From: a virus
Lineage: Duplodnaviria > Caudoviricetes
Length of the DNA: 64,000 nucleotides
Strand: one strand, 5' to 3'
IMG/VR virus record: IMGVR_UViG_2595698755_000001
Span: 96,001 to 160,000 of that record
The notes under the pieces are model-generated. The model ran no database searches, was not told where the DNA came from, and saw nothing but the letters and a program-made list of their open reading frames with translations. Each line of letters starts with the position of its first letter. The stretch's first letter is position 1. Below are positions 20,688-33,700 of this stretch, piece by piece. A program made the position numbers and the translations under genes.

Positions 20688-23351
20688 TCAATCTTTATTA
20701 ATCTCGCACTTGAAAATAGCTTTCTGATTAACATCTACTGCTGTAACGCTAATCTTATTACCTACTCCTACATGTGCATTTGTCCATGCAGTATCAAGCA
20801 CTCCATCTTTGTCATATTTTGTCCAGATAAATCCAGAAGGTAGAATTGTGTCAGTGATTTCAGATTGTCCTCTAAATACTCTAGCTGTAATATCTGTATC
20901 AATTTGACCATTCTTGAACGTAAAACCTTTTGTCGAATGAAACTCAATTTTGTAAACAACATCGTTTTTAACTTCTTCAATATCAGTCTGGATTCCTTCT
21001 GCGATAGTTTTTGCATCTTTTGCAATCTGAGAAACCATAATGTCAATTTGCTTTTGAAGTTCTTCTTGAGCAGTGGAATAATTTTTCCATCTAGCATCAA
21101 ACATAGTTCTATCAATTCGTGTTGTAAATGCCATATTGGTAGGGTCTAATAATGGCTTGTCTCCATGTAATTGAACGAATAAATAGTCATACAATTCTGT
21201 ATATCTTGTATGGAAATCTGTAACGAATTGTAGTCCTTCTCCATCATTAGGGAATAGGTTATGAATTTTTTCTGTGTTTTTGTTATATGCTACTTCATAT
21301 TTGTCCCATTCAAGTTTTAACATCTTCTTCTCATATGCTGTAATCATGTTGTCATCTTTAAACTCATCAACAAAGTTAGATGAATCAATGAATTTGTTTC
21401 CATCAAATCTTCCACTAGATGATTCTAGAATAAACGCACTTGCATCAATTCTTACACCGTTTTTATCGAATGTGAATGTTCCTGCACTGTTTGTTAGAAT
21501 TAGATTTTCACCTGCGATGATTTGACCAATTAATCTTTCTGCAACGATTCCATCTGGCTTAATTGCTGTTTTCCATGTTTCACCTTTGTCTTGTGATAAG
21601 GCGATTACACCACTCTGGATAATAACTACTTCATTTGGATTATCGGGACTTGTAACAATCATCCCACGATTACCAATTTCGATAGAGTTATTAACCCCTG
21701 CGATGATTTTGTTTTTTGTTGCATCCCATTCACTAGTAACAATGTTACTAACTACATCTTCAATTTTGTTTACTTTGTCCCACTTATACTTATTAGCTTG
21801 AACAAGTGAAGATGCACTGGAATTGCTATATAATAATTGAACAAGTTTATCTGTGTCACTTAAAATATCTTTTGTGTTTGCCACTGTAATACTTGCTTCA
21901 TTATTTTCTAAGTCATATTTGATTTCAATAATCTTAGCCATATATTCAATCTTCATTTGTGGATATTTAACTTTAATTAAATCTCCTAATATCAATTTAT
22001 CCCAGTAATACTGTTCTTCAATGATATTCATAAGATTGTCAATAGTCACATCTATTACGACTTTTGGTTGTCTTAGTTCTTCAAATTTCTTGAGTCCATC
22101 TTGATATAATTCTTTTGCATCTATATATTTATCATCTACCCATTTTTTCTCAATGATGAATAGATTCAGTTCATCAAGAAGTTCTGGTGTGAATCCACTA
22201 CCTGTAGCAATTTGAGTTTGCAATGCATCAATCTGACTCTTATATGATTCTACTTTATTTTTGATGATATCATTTGCTTGTCGTTTTGCAGTAATCTGTG
22301 CTTCTTTATCACTCAACTCTAATTGACGTTGAGAAATTAGTGTCGCATTTTCTGTAGCTTTTGCAGTATCTAACAATCCCTGTATTGTTTTAAGTTGACC
22401 TTCTAGTTCTCGAAGTTCTGTTTCTCCTGTCAATAATAGAGTTTGTTGTGCTAACATATCATCTGTTAAACTTTTGATTTGTGGTGCTTTATCTGCAATC
22501 AGTATTTGTTGATTCAAGATAGCATGGCACAATTCATTAGACATAAAATAAGACTCTTTAATAACGTTCTTATTTACATCTCTTTCAAATGGATAAAGGA
22601 AGTAACTAAAGTCTTCAATGTAAGCTTGACCAGTAGGATTAACTCCATGAATACTTAATTCCTCACTACCATAAATATACAGTCTAGTTGTTAATTCATC
22701 TGTTGTTCTTGTTCTTTTGATAGACTGTAAAAATCTACCATAGTTTACTGTCATACCTTTAAATACACCATTCTTGGACATATCCTTAAATGATACTTTT
22801 CTAGTTACAGTATCCCAAACAATCAATGCACCGAATGTTTCTCCTGCTTGAATAATACAATCTAGAACGTTTGAATCTGTTCCAGAATCGAATGAACGAA
22901 ACATGACATCAAACATTGCATCCACTGTTCCAATCTTCCAAACTGTATTCTCAAGTAAATTGGTTAGTAGGTCTGTAGCATTAATTGCATCCTCTACATA
23001 ATCACTTACCTGTTTCCCCTTCAACTCATAACCCAAAGAAAAAGCCTTTACATTAAAAATATCTGAATCGTCACCGTCTTCTTCAATCTCATTAACAACA
23101 TACCATTCTATGTATGCTCCCATCGTTACTCTAATCAACATCATTTCCTTGATAGAATCAACGTGTGGGTTTGGCTCTTGGTCTTCAATGAAATGAGGAA
23201 TAGAGAAGCTTAATTCATTGATGTTTCCTAATTTAACAGACATCTCGCCACCGATTCTCTCATGAATGTGAGAAATGATTTGTTTATTAGGTTTTGCTAA
23301 ATGAAATTTAGCTTCTTGCAACCGTTTATTATAATCAATATCAATAAACAA
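20688..23351 (-). CDS. Tail tip/Tal-like protein (prophage tail endopeptidase family)
   Basis: Follows Dit; TTRLYIYG, LILGD.I.V, GETWKTAIKPDGIVAERLIG motifs. Confidence 0.8.
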   Translation of the reverse strand: MFIDIDYNKRLQEAKFHLAKPNKQIISHIHERIGGEMSVKLGNINELSFSIPHFIEDQEPNPHVDSIKEMMLIRVTMGAYIEWYVVNEIEEDGDDSDIFNVKAFSLGYELKGKQVSDYVEDAINATDLLTNLLENTVWKIGTVDAMFDVMFRSFDSGTDSNVLDCIIQAGETFGALIVWDTVTRKVSFKDMSKNGVFKGMTVNYGRFLQSIKRTRTTDELTTRLYIYGSEELSIHGVNPTGQAYIEDFSYFLYPFERDVNKNVIKESYFMSNELCHAILNQQILIADKAPQIKSLTDDMLAQQTLLLTGETELRELEGQLKTIQGLLDTAKATENATLISQRQLELSDKEAQITAKRQANDIIKNKVESYKSQIDALQTQIATGSGFTPELLDELNLFIIEKKWVDDKYIDAKELYQDGLKKFEELRQPKVVIDVTIDNLMNIIEEQYYWDKLILGDLIKVKYPQMKIEYMAKIIEIKYDLENNEASITVANTKDILSDTDKLVQLLYSNSSASSLVQANKYKWDKVNKIEDVVSNIVTSEWDATKNKIIAGVNNSIEIGNRGMIVTSPDNPNEVVIIQSGVIALSQDKGETWKTAIKPDGIVAERLIGQIIAGENLILTNSAGTFTFDKNGVRIDASAFILESSSGRFDGNKFIDSSNFVDEFKDDNMITAYEKKMLKLEWDKYEVAYNKNTEKIHNLFPNDGEGLQFVTDFHTRYTELYDYLFVQLHGDKPLLDPTNMAFTTRIDRTMFDARWKNYSTAQEELQKQIDIMVSQIAKDAKTIAEGIQTDIEEVKNDVVYKIEFHSTKGFTFKNGQIDTDITARVFRGQSEITDTILPSGFIWTKYDKDGVLDTAWTNAHVGVGNKISVTAVDVNQKAIFKCEINKD

Positions 23352-23367
23352 TCTCTATACCCCTCTC

Positions 23368-23853
23368 TTATATTTCTTTTAAATCGTACACCTCAAATAA
23401 TTCTTGTGGTGTTATATTTCCTAAATTATCGTTCGTCTTACGCTTTACACCAGAAGTGTAATAAGCTAAATCAACAAGTTCTGAACAAATCAATTTGTTC
23501 GCACTGTTGAAGAATAAATTTCTTTTTCTCTTTAATGCTAAAGACAAGAATAAACCAAGAAGCTGAGAATAATCATATCTCTTACCTATATTCTTATAAG
23601 CATAAGCAACAATCTTATCTGTCACTTCTTTTGGTTGATTTCCAGTAGTGTAAATTACATGTCGTTCATTTAACTCCAGTCTCGCAACTCTTGTTTTAAT
23701 GAATCTATTAGACTCAATTATTGTGATTACCTTTGTTGATTCATCGTATCCAACAACTAATCCAACATGAGTAAACTCACTATTTGTAACTTTAGCAATT
23801 AACTTAGATATAAAAGAATTTGTTTTCTTGAAAAATACTAAATTTCCAATCAT
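23368..23853 (-). CDS. Permuted papain-like NlpC/P60 amidase (YiiX/YebB, C92 family)
   Basis: GNLVFF...FTHVGL...GKRYDY...LICSELV..AY...ITPQEL (His precedes Cys). Confidence 0.85.
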   Translation of the reverse strand: MIGNLVFFKKTNSFISKLIAKVTNSEFTHVGLVVGYDESTKVITIIESNRFIKTRVARLELNERHVIYTTGNQPKEVTDKIVAYAYKNIGKRYDYSQLLGLFLSLALKRKRNLFFNSANKLICSELVDLAYYTSGVKRKTNDNLGNITPQELFEVYDLKEI

Positions 23854-23874
23854 AAATCTCACCTTAATAAATAT

Positions 23875-23903
23875 ATTATACCATAATTATTTGTGCCTGT
23901 CAA
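23875..23903 (-). promoter_or_regulatory. sigmaA-type promoter of NlpC/P60 gene
   Basis: TTGACA-N17-TATAAT with extended TG. Confidence 0.78.
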
Positions 23904-23930
23904 ATAATATAGTACATTATTTGGAAAATT

Positions 23931-24710
23931 CTAGAATCTATATTTGTTCTTATATCTAAACTGAATCGTACAACTACCTGTAATCTTGATTCTATTTTGT
24001 CCATAAACTAATCGAGGGAAGTTACCCACGATTTTGTCATATCTATACATACCAATAATGTCAGTCTGAATAATTTCTTTCTCACAATTGATATAAATAT
24101 CTTCTGCATTTGTTAAATCTCTTACTTCAAAGATATTGCCACCATCATCTAAAAATTCTAATGTAACTGTTCCTGCACCAGATTTCTTAATTGAAATTTC
24201 TGGATACACATCAAAATGACTATCACTACTAATAGTGATTGTTTGAGGTGTAGTAGTTACAGTTGTGCTAGAAGTTGTAAGAGTTGGTGAATATACTTGA
24301 GATGAATCACATCTCATAGTGATTGTAAAGTATCCTTGCTTAATACCATTATGTACAATCTGTGCATCACTAATAGGCATACAGTAATACACTCTATTTT
24401 CTGCTCCTGCAAAGTATAAGGGTTTATGATAGTCAACCCACAACCATCTGATAATGTTTGAAATTTGGTCATCTGTATAAGTCCCATTGATTGCTATGTT
24501 CATTTCAAATTCAAGTGGAGAATCTTCTACACTATGTAACAAAGGTTTACTATTACCTCTAACTTTTGTCTCATTTAAATCCCTTGAAGCCACGAAAACT
24601 TCTTCATACATTCCAGAATCTAGAACGACATTCATAACATTATGTGTATCAGACCATACACCATTGAAATTAAATCGAACTTTGTCTTTAATAGTTGGCA
24701 TCCTTTTCAC
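23931..24710 (-). CDS. Distal tail protein (Dit)
   Basis: Directly after TMP; FNFNG, WL...KPLYF, FPRLVYGQNRIKITG. Confidence 0.8.
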   Translation of the reverse strand: MKRMPTIKDKVRFNFNGVWSDTHNVMNVVLDSGMYEEVFVASRDLNETKVRGNSKPLLHSVEDSPLEFEMNIAINGTYTDDQISNIIRWLWVDYHKPLYFAGAENRVYYCMPISDAQIVHNGIKQGYFTITMRCDSSQVYSPTLTTSSTTVTTTPQTITISSDSHFDVYPEISIKKSGAGTVTLEFLDDGGNIFEVRDLTNAEDIYINCEKEIIQTDIIGMYRYDKIVGNFPRLVYGQNRIKITGSCTIQFRYKNKYRF

Positions 24711-24739
24711 TCCTAAAAAAATAGGAAAGAGAGGATGGG

Positions 24740-27700
24740 TTATTTACCCATCTTCTTCAATCCTTTAATGATTTCACTAGTTACTGATTTAGCTTGGTCT
24801 TTAGTACCGTTCATACTTTCAATGTTGACATCTAAATAGTAATTGTTTTCTACGTTCATTCCGCTTACTCCACCTTCACCAACGAATTGACGAGCCATGT
24901 TGTTAGCTTGAATGTTTGGCAAGTAGTCTTTCACTTTATCAACAAGCTTGACAGTATCGAATAAATTCTTTGTGTCGTTTGCGTTTAATACTTGTTCTTT
25001 CTTGTGAAGCATTGCCATCTTTCCACCATTGCCACTCCAATCACCAGTATAACCGCCAGTGTCGAATGCTTTGATGTATTTCTTGTTTGCATACCCAGTG
25101 CTTGCTCCTCTATTGTTAGAGAACTTAACTTTCCACCAATCTCCTTCTTCTCCAAGGATTTGTACGTTTGCACCATTTAAGATACGTCTAATTACTCCAC
25201 CTTGCATGTTTGGTGCGTTACGAATGTTTAGATAACTATCTGATGTTACACCAGTTACGTTACCCTTCGTAGGCATTTGTTGTGGTGGGATAGGTGGCTT
25301 CTGTTGAGCAGGTGGCGTAGGTGGTGGTTCTGGAGCAGGTTTCATAGGTCTAGCAGGGTCATCTGGACGAATTACTTCGTTTTCGAATGTGTTATATCCT
25401 TTAGCCTTGATTAACTCTTCTACGTCACTCTTAGGGTCTTGTAGGTTGAAATCCATATTGTCAACAACCATGTCATTTGCATCTTGAACTTGTTTCTTAG
25501 TTTCATCTGAGAAGTCTTTGAAACTTGGTGTTAATCCATCGAATACTCCGTTGTTCATGTTGTTAATTTGCTGTTGCATTTTTTGTAATTCATCGTTTAA
25601 TGTTTGGAAGTTTCCTTTGATGAATTGGTCACGCATATCAGCCCAACGTTTTTCATTGTCGATAAGGTCATCGTATTTTGTACTTACGTTATCTTTTTCT
25701 TTGTCTAGTTCTTCAACTTTTCCGTTTAATACTTCTTCTTCTGCTTTTTTCTTATCTTCAATTTCTTTTAATTGCTGTTCTTTTTGGTCTTCTAACGCTT
25801 GTCGCATTAGTTCATCTTGACGTTCTTGTTGGAACTTAGCAATCTCTTTATCCATTTCAGCAAGTTCTTTTTTCATTTCCTCTAGTTTTTTCTTACCAGA
25901 AAGGCTAGTATCTTTGGATAAAATACTGATTTTATTCTGTAAGTCAGCACGTTCTTTGTTCTTGTTAGACAATTCTTCTTGATAGTTTGCTTCGTCTTTG
26001 TCTTTGTCCATTTGTTTTAGCTTCGCATCATATACTCCATTAATCTTTTCGATTTCTTTGTCGTATAATTTCATCTTAGCATCATGTGCTTTTTTCAAGT
26101 TCTCTTGTTCTTTATCAATAGCATCAATTGCCATATCTTTCATGTTCTTATAGTAGTTCTTTAATTGGTCAATGCCTTTGTCTGCTACATCTCCACGAGC
26201 ATCTTTAATTTCTTTTTCAGCTTGTAATACAGCTAATGCTGAATCTTCCCAAGCTTCTTTTACTTTATCAATCTCTGCTTTGATTTCTGTAGCTACTTTG
26301 CTATCCTTACCAAATTTATCTTCCGCTTCGTAAAGTTTTAGAGTTAAATCACGTTGTTGGTCTTCTAGCTTTTTCTTTTCAAGTTTTAATTGTTGTGCTT
26401 TCTCAATATAAAGATTCATCATCTTTGTCATGTTGTTAGGGTCTGTCAATTCCGCTACTGAGATATTGAAATCAATATCATCAACTTTGCCCTTGATTTC
26501 CTCTAATCCTTTTGTATAAGCTTCAACAATAGCATCTACGTGTGCTTTCAGAATGTCTGCATAACGTTGTTCCCAGTTGTCTAAGAACTCTTGCCATTCT
26601 GCTCTCATTGAAGTAATAGAACTTAAATTACTTTCGTATTCTGACCATAGTTTGTTGTATTGGTCACGTTGTTCTTTTGTATGACTATTAATGTTTTTCA
26701 GACCTTCTAGTTCACGCTTGATTTGTTCATTTCTACGTTCTTTATCCCATAGGTCATGATTTAAAAGTTCCCAACGTTTGATTTCAACTTGATACACATC
26801 ATGCATCATCTTGCGATATTCTGCTGTGCTCTTATTCATGGATTTCATCTTAGCTTCCATCCACTTTAATGTTACGTCTAATTCTTTCATGCTACGTTCA
26901 TAGCTACTCCAAACAGTAGGGTCTGCTAGTTTATCTGCTTCTGAATCTGTACTACTTGCTTTTGCAGAATAGAATGATTCTTTAACCCAACTTCCGTCTT
27001 CTGTTTGAACGTATCCTTTTTTACGTCTGTTAGGGTCATTTCTATCGTTGTCTTCAAAGCTATCACTGTATCCAGATAATGCTCCAAATAATCCATAAGA
27101 ATTATATCCTGTATAGATTGATGGTTGGATTGTACCAGAAGTACCTCCACCTCCACCGATAGAACCAGAGTCTCCACTACTTGCAGAGAATGAACCTAAA
27201 GCACTTGACATTGCTGAACCGAAGTTCGTTACTGCACTTGCTACTTCTCCGTTACCAGTATCAGCAAGAACATTTGTAATAGAACTCATTGTCCATGTTG
27301 CACCTGTTGGTAATGGTGGTAATGATGGTGCTTTAACTTGTACGTTAGAAGCTTGTTGAGCCTTTGCAATATAATTGTTTAAATTAGTCATTGCACCAGA
27401 GATTGTGCTATTTAAACCTTGTACAGCAGATTTAGCTTGGTTAGCTGAATCTCTTACTTTGTTTAATGCACTAGCTTGTGAGTTGTGAGCACTATTCATA
27501 GCACCTGTACTTCCAACAACAGTTCCTACCATTGAACTGAAAGCACCTTTGATAGCACTACTTGCTTGCATAGTTCCAGAAGCCATTGCGAATACTGCCA
27601 TCATGTAACTTGAGATTGCTCCCACGATAGATGAAATAGAACTGATTCCTGCTTGAGCCATTGCTGAATATGCTTGTGCCATATTTTGCGTTGCTGAGAT

Positions 27701-30700
27701 TGCACTCATAATTGCGCTTGCTTCTGATTGTTTAGCGTTTGCTACATTGAATGATGCTGTAGCTGAGTTTTGTGAAGCATTAGCTTCTGCGTTTTTAGCC
27801 TGTGCGTTGTTTTGTGATGCGTTTGCACTTGCTTGAGATGCTTGAGTTGCGCTTGCTAATCCGCTTGATGCTGTCGCACTTGCAGAACCCATGTTTGCCA
27901 TAGATTGAGATGCTAATGAACATGATGCACCGACACCATTCATTGCTCCTACAAAGCTACTTGCGCTACCGCTTGCGTTTGCCATTGAATCTCCAATGCC
28001 TTGTAAGCTTTGTGCTGTTCCGCTTGCTTGAGATACTACGTTAGACATTTCACCTCTAACACCACTCATAGATGTTTGGAATCCACTCATCGCTTGACCT
28101 GCACCTGCAAATGCCATACCGAATTGACTTAATCCTGTAGCTGTTCCCGTTACTTCTGTTGCCATTCCGTTCATTGAAGTTTTAACGTTGTCTACTGCAA
28201 TCTTATATTGGTCTAATGCGTTTTTAGCGTTTCCAATTGTTGTAACGTGTCCTTGGATTTCTTGTGCACTTGTACCAGATTGTCTTGACATTCCTTGAAG
28301 TTGTTCTGTAAACAATTGTGCACTTGTTTTAAATGGTTGGAATCCTTGGTTGATACCAGTACCTAAGTTGCTGAATGCAGTGTTAATACCACCAACGTTT
28401 GTTTCAACAGCAGTTTTCGTGTTGCTCATTTCTGTTCCAATGTTTTTAACATTTTCTTTTAATGGTGCTAAACTATTTCCAGAGTTGCCGATTTGAGACA
28501 TTCCAGATTGGAATCCTCCAACTGTTCCTCCTAGTTGTGTGTTCATGTCAATAAGTTTTCGACCTACTGCATCTGCTTCTGTTTTAAGAGGACTCATGTT
28601 TCCACCAGAGTTACCAATTGCAGTTGTATCAGATGATACTTTACTACTCGCTTCACCAGATTTTGTTGTTAGTTCATCGAAACCTAAGTCTCTCATCTTT
28701 TGTTCTAGTAATGATAATGGTGCACCAGAATTACCTGCACGTTGCATGTCTGCTTCGACTTTACCTGCTGTTTCACTAGATTTCGCTGTGAACTCATCAA
28801 AGCCTAAGTCTTTCATTTTGTTTTCTAGTAATGATAGTTTTTCACCAGAGTTTCCAATCTTAGCCATTTCTTCTGGAGTAATTGCTCCTGCTTTTTTAGC
28901 GTATTCAATTACACCTTCCATTGTAAGACCCAGTTCATCACCTTTTGCCTTAACTTGACTAAAATCTGCAAGGTTGATTTTTTGTAATCCTTCGATTACT
29001 TGCTGACCAGTTTGACCACTCAATTGTCCAAGTTTTTCCATTTCTTGAATAAATGGTTGGAACTTGCTTCCAGATGAACCTACTTTATCACCTGCTTCAT
29101 TGAATTTGTCTCCTGCTTCGTTGGCTTTGTCGCCACCTTCTTTAGCCTTATCACCTGCTTCGTTAAACTTCTCTCCACCGCTTTTAGCTTTGTCTCCTGC
29201 TTGGTCAATACGGTTTCCGTTCTCATCTAGGATTTGACCTTGTTCTTTGATACCATGACCAAATGTACGTGCCTTACCTGTTAACAAGTCTACGTCTAAA
29301 CCATATTTAGCAACTGACTCTCTGAATCTATTGATTTGACCTTCTGTTGCGCTACCCCAGTCTAATGCTAGCTTTCCACTTTCATCATACTTAACGCCAA
29401 TTTCTTGCATTACAGAAATAGTTTCATGTAATCCATCAATGTTTTCATAAACTTGGTCTTTAGAGATTCCTAAGAACTCTGAAAGTTTTGCTCCAGATTC
29501 AGCCCAAAGTTGTGTTCCTTTTGCGTTTTCACCATATAATAGTTGAGCAGTTTTAAGTGCTTCTAGGTGACCTTGCATGTTTCCTAGTTCTTCATTTTTA
29601 TATCCGAATAATTCTTTTTGAGCATCTATTGCATCAATAACTGCTTCTTTGTAATCTTTAAGTGCACCTGTAGCTTCATCAACAGAACCGCCTGTTCCTT
29701 CCATTGCAGATGAAACACCGTTCTGAGATTCTTCTAGTGCTCTATTTCTAAGTTCTGCGTTAGCACTTTCCATACCAAGTTTCATAACAAACTCTCTAGC
29801 TTGCTCTGCACTTAATCCGTATTTCTCTGCTTCTTTAGCAAGTTCATCAAATGTTCCACCATTAGATGATTTAACCTTCATACCAACGTCAATTAATTTT
29901 TCCATGTTCTCTTTTGCTTTATCTAAATCATCAAGATTTTTGATATCAAAGAAATCGTCTGGGATTGCTTTACCAATACTACCAAGTTGCTGTTTGATTT
30001 GTTCGATTTTTTGAGAACCTTTTAGAGTACCAGAGTCAATACCTTGAGTCATTTTGTCGAATGCTTTTGCAAAGACATCACCCATTTGGTTACCGCCCTC
30101 GGTAATCTTTCTAATCATTGAATCAATTTGCGCTTGAGATTTTCCATCTTCTACTAGCTTCTTGATTTTATCACTGTTCATAGTAGCGAATTTCTCTACT
30201 ACTTGTTGAGCACCTTCACCCATTTTAGCTAGGCTACCTTTTGCTTCTAGATATGCTCTAGATTGCTCTTGGATTTTTGCAGTTGTTTTTTGTGTTGCAT
30301 CTAAACGTTTGTAAACTAGGTCTGCCATACCTTTTTCGTATTTCATTTGCGCTTCTGCACGTTCTTCTTTAGAAGCACCACCTGTACCTGCTTTCCAATC
30401 AACCGAACCAGTTTTAATCTTGTCACGTTCTGCTTTAAGCTTTTTCTCTTCCTCTACTAATTCTCTAAGTGCTTCGGCTTCTTTCTTAACGTTTTCATCG
30501 AATCTCTTATTAGTAGCATCTGCTTTAGCTTGTGATAATTCTTTTGTTAATTTTAAATGTTCTCTAAGTTCCTTAGAACTCTTCATCCATGCTTGACCTT
30601 GTGAGTCAATTGTTTTAACCATGTTTGGCATAGCTTGTGATAGTTTAGTTTGTACAAGCATGAACTCATCGTACTCTTTAGTACCTTTCTTGATGCTGTC

Positions 30701-33700
30701 TCCTGCTCTTTCGAATGCTTCATACTTAGCAAGTAATCCTTCTAAACCATCTGCACTCTTACGATAAGCGTTAACAGTTTGGTTGATACTCTTGTCAAGT
30801 GCTTCTTGTTCTTGTTTAGCTTTTTGATATTTCCCGATAAGGAACTCAATAGCCATACCAATACCCATGAAGACTGCACCCATACCAAGCATACCCATTA
30901 AAGACCTACCGAATCCTGCAAGTGCACCACCAAGTGATTTCATAACACCTACTCCACCAGTTGACGTTGTGATAACTCCCTGCATACCGCCTTTGAACTT
31001 ATCTAATGCAGTTGCTTGAGCACCCATTGTACGAGTTGTTTCAGCCATACCTTGTTTGAATACTCCAACAGTTGCGCCCATTCTACCAAATAGACCTTGG
31101 AATGCACCCATTTTAGCCATTACTGCTCCAAGGATTAACCCTACACCAGATAACGCTCCAAATGATTGTGCTACGTTTGTGATACCTTTTGCTACCGCAC
31201 CTAGACCATTGATAGCCATTAAGATTCCACCACTTAGGAATGCTTTACCGATAGCCAATGACATTTCAGTGAAACCATTTTTAAGTTTGTTAATCTTAGC
31301 TTCGAATGATTGTAGATACTTTTCATTCTCACGCATTGCAGAACCTTGTGATTGGTAAGCAGTGTTTGTCGCTTTAACAGCCATATCGTAATTGTTCATT
31401 ACAGCTAGGAAACGTGTTAATTGGTTACGACCTGCGATTTTAACTGCGATGTTTTGTTGTTCTTCTTTTGTTAAAGTTTTCCATCTTTCACCAAGTTCGT
31501 TCATGATTTGAGATACTGGTTTAACAGATTTTACACCATTTTCACCAATCTCATACATTGCAATACCGACATTTCTAAGTGTCTGTTCTGAGTCTTTCAT
31601 TGTTGTCATACGAGAATAGATTGTTTTCAATGAGTTACCAATGATAGCACCAGACTCCATTGTTACCGCACCAATCGCTGTGATATGACCAATGTTTTCT
31701 TCTAGACCTACACCGAATGTTTTACCTGCTGATGCAGATTTTTGTAAACCTTCTGCTAACTGTTTCGTACTGATAGCATAGTTGTTATCTACTTCGTTCA
31801 GTGCATCTACGATTCTGATAGAATCAGAAGCTTCAATGTTGAATGCGTTCATAGTACCTACTAGAGATTTCTGTGCTTCTTCAACTGATAAGTCAGATAC
31901 GTTTGACATTAGTGTTGCTGTTTCTGTGATAGATGTTAATTGTCGTTCATTGAAGTCACCAAATGTACGAGCAAACTCATTCATACCTTTCATAATATCA
32001 TGGATATTATTACCAAGTTTACCAGATAATTCTACAGCGTTTCCGAATAGAATATCAACGTTTTGGTCTGCACTCGCTACTCTTCGTAATTCAGTCATAG
32101 CTTTATCTACTTCTAGAATCTCTCTAGTCATAGCTTGTAAGCCTTGAATTGGAGCAGTCATCATTTGTTGTGAAATCATCCATACTGGAGCACTTTGCAT
32201 GAAGACTTTAAACTTCTCCCATGCACCTAAGTTACGGTTAACGTTACGAACCATTTCGTCAGAAACTTGTCGCATTTGACTAGAGCCTTGTGTCATACTA
32301 TATGTAACTTTACGAACGTGTTCTCCTGTTCCTTGGAATACAACAGACATATTTTTAACTGAACGACCCATTGAGTCAATTCCGTCACGACCAAATGAGA
32401 TAGAAGCTACTCGTGCTCTCTCAACTGTTCCAATATATCTCTGTAAGTCAGCAATTGCCTTGTTACTCATTGTTCCAGAACCAAAGATTTGTGATTCGAT
32501 GTTTTTAACTTTCGCTTCTCCACCGAATTTAGCAGTGATGTCTTGACCTAATCTGATTGCTTTTTCTTTCTCTTTGATTTTTCGTTGTTCTTCCGCTAAC
32601 ATTCTTTGGTATTTGCCTAATTCATTTCTAATATCTTGTGTTGCGACAGATACACCTTGACCCATTTTGTTCTTAATTCCACTTAGGAAACCATCTAATT
32701 TAGGTTGTGTCTTACCAATAGCTTCAAATTGACGTTGTACTGCTTTCAAGTTTTCAACTAATGCTCTTGCTCTAGTTTGGTCTGAATCAATCCATTGCTT
32801 ATCATTAATGCTTTGTAATCTTTTCTTTGCATCTGCAAGTTGTTTATATGTATTGATGGCATGTGTTGCTTGAATAGCTTCTGTGACCATACTACGTTGT
32901 AATTTGTTTTGTGGGTCATCACTTGGCATAGAACGTAGAATATTTTTAAGTTGTTGTCTTAATTGAATAGTTTGTTTAAGTACCGCTTGTGACTCTTTAT
33001 CTTTAGCAATTAATTTATTTTGAGCATCTACTAGACTTTGTGCTTCAAGTCTGATACGCTTCATTTCAGCAGAAGGGTCACTTGCTTTAGCTGAAACCTT
33101 CGATTGTTGTAATAACCTATCGAACTCTGATTTGAAATCTGTTTCTTTATCAGTTTTAGGTTTTCTAGCTGTCGCTCTTAGTTTTTCCATATCTGCTTCT
33201 AATTTAGCTTGTTTAGCCAATTCAGCATTTCTTGCTTTAGTTGCTTGTGCTAATTGTTTTTCTGCATTAACTGCATTTTGAAGGTCAACGACCATTTGTT
33301 TAGTAAAGCCTTTACCATTCTCTTCTGCTAAAACTTTCTTGATGTCTTTAAATTGATTTAATAAAGCAGTTTTATCTGAACCTTTACCAAGATTGTTGAT
33401 TTCATTCTTCAATGTTTTCAACGTGTTTTGAATCGACTGAGCGTTCTTTTGTGTGTTATCTACGGTTTGTCTATTGATAATTTCAAAAGCACCTTTATTA
33501 GCATTCCAAGAATATTTCATTTTCTCAACAATACCATTTGCTTTTTGCAATTCTGCTACGAACCCTGTAAGATTACCTTTAGCATCTTTAAATTGAGTAG
33601 CTTTAAAAATACCGTCACCAAATTTACCGTTTAAGATAGATTTAGCTTTCTCAATTTCTGCTGTGTATTGTTTGATATTATTAAAGTTTTGAACCAGTGA

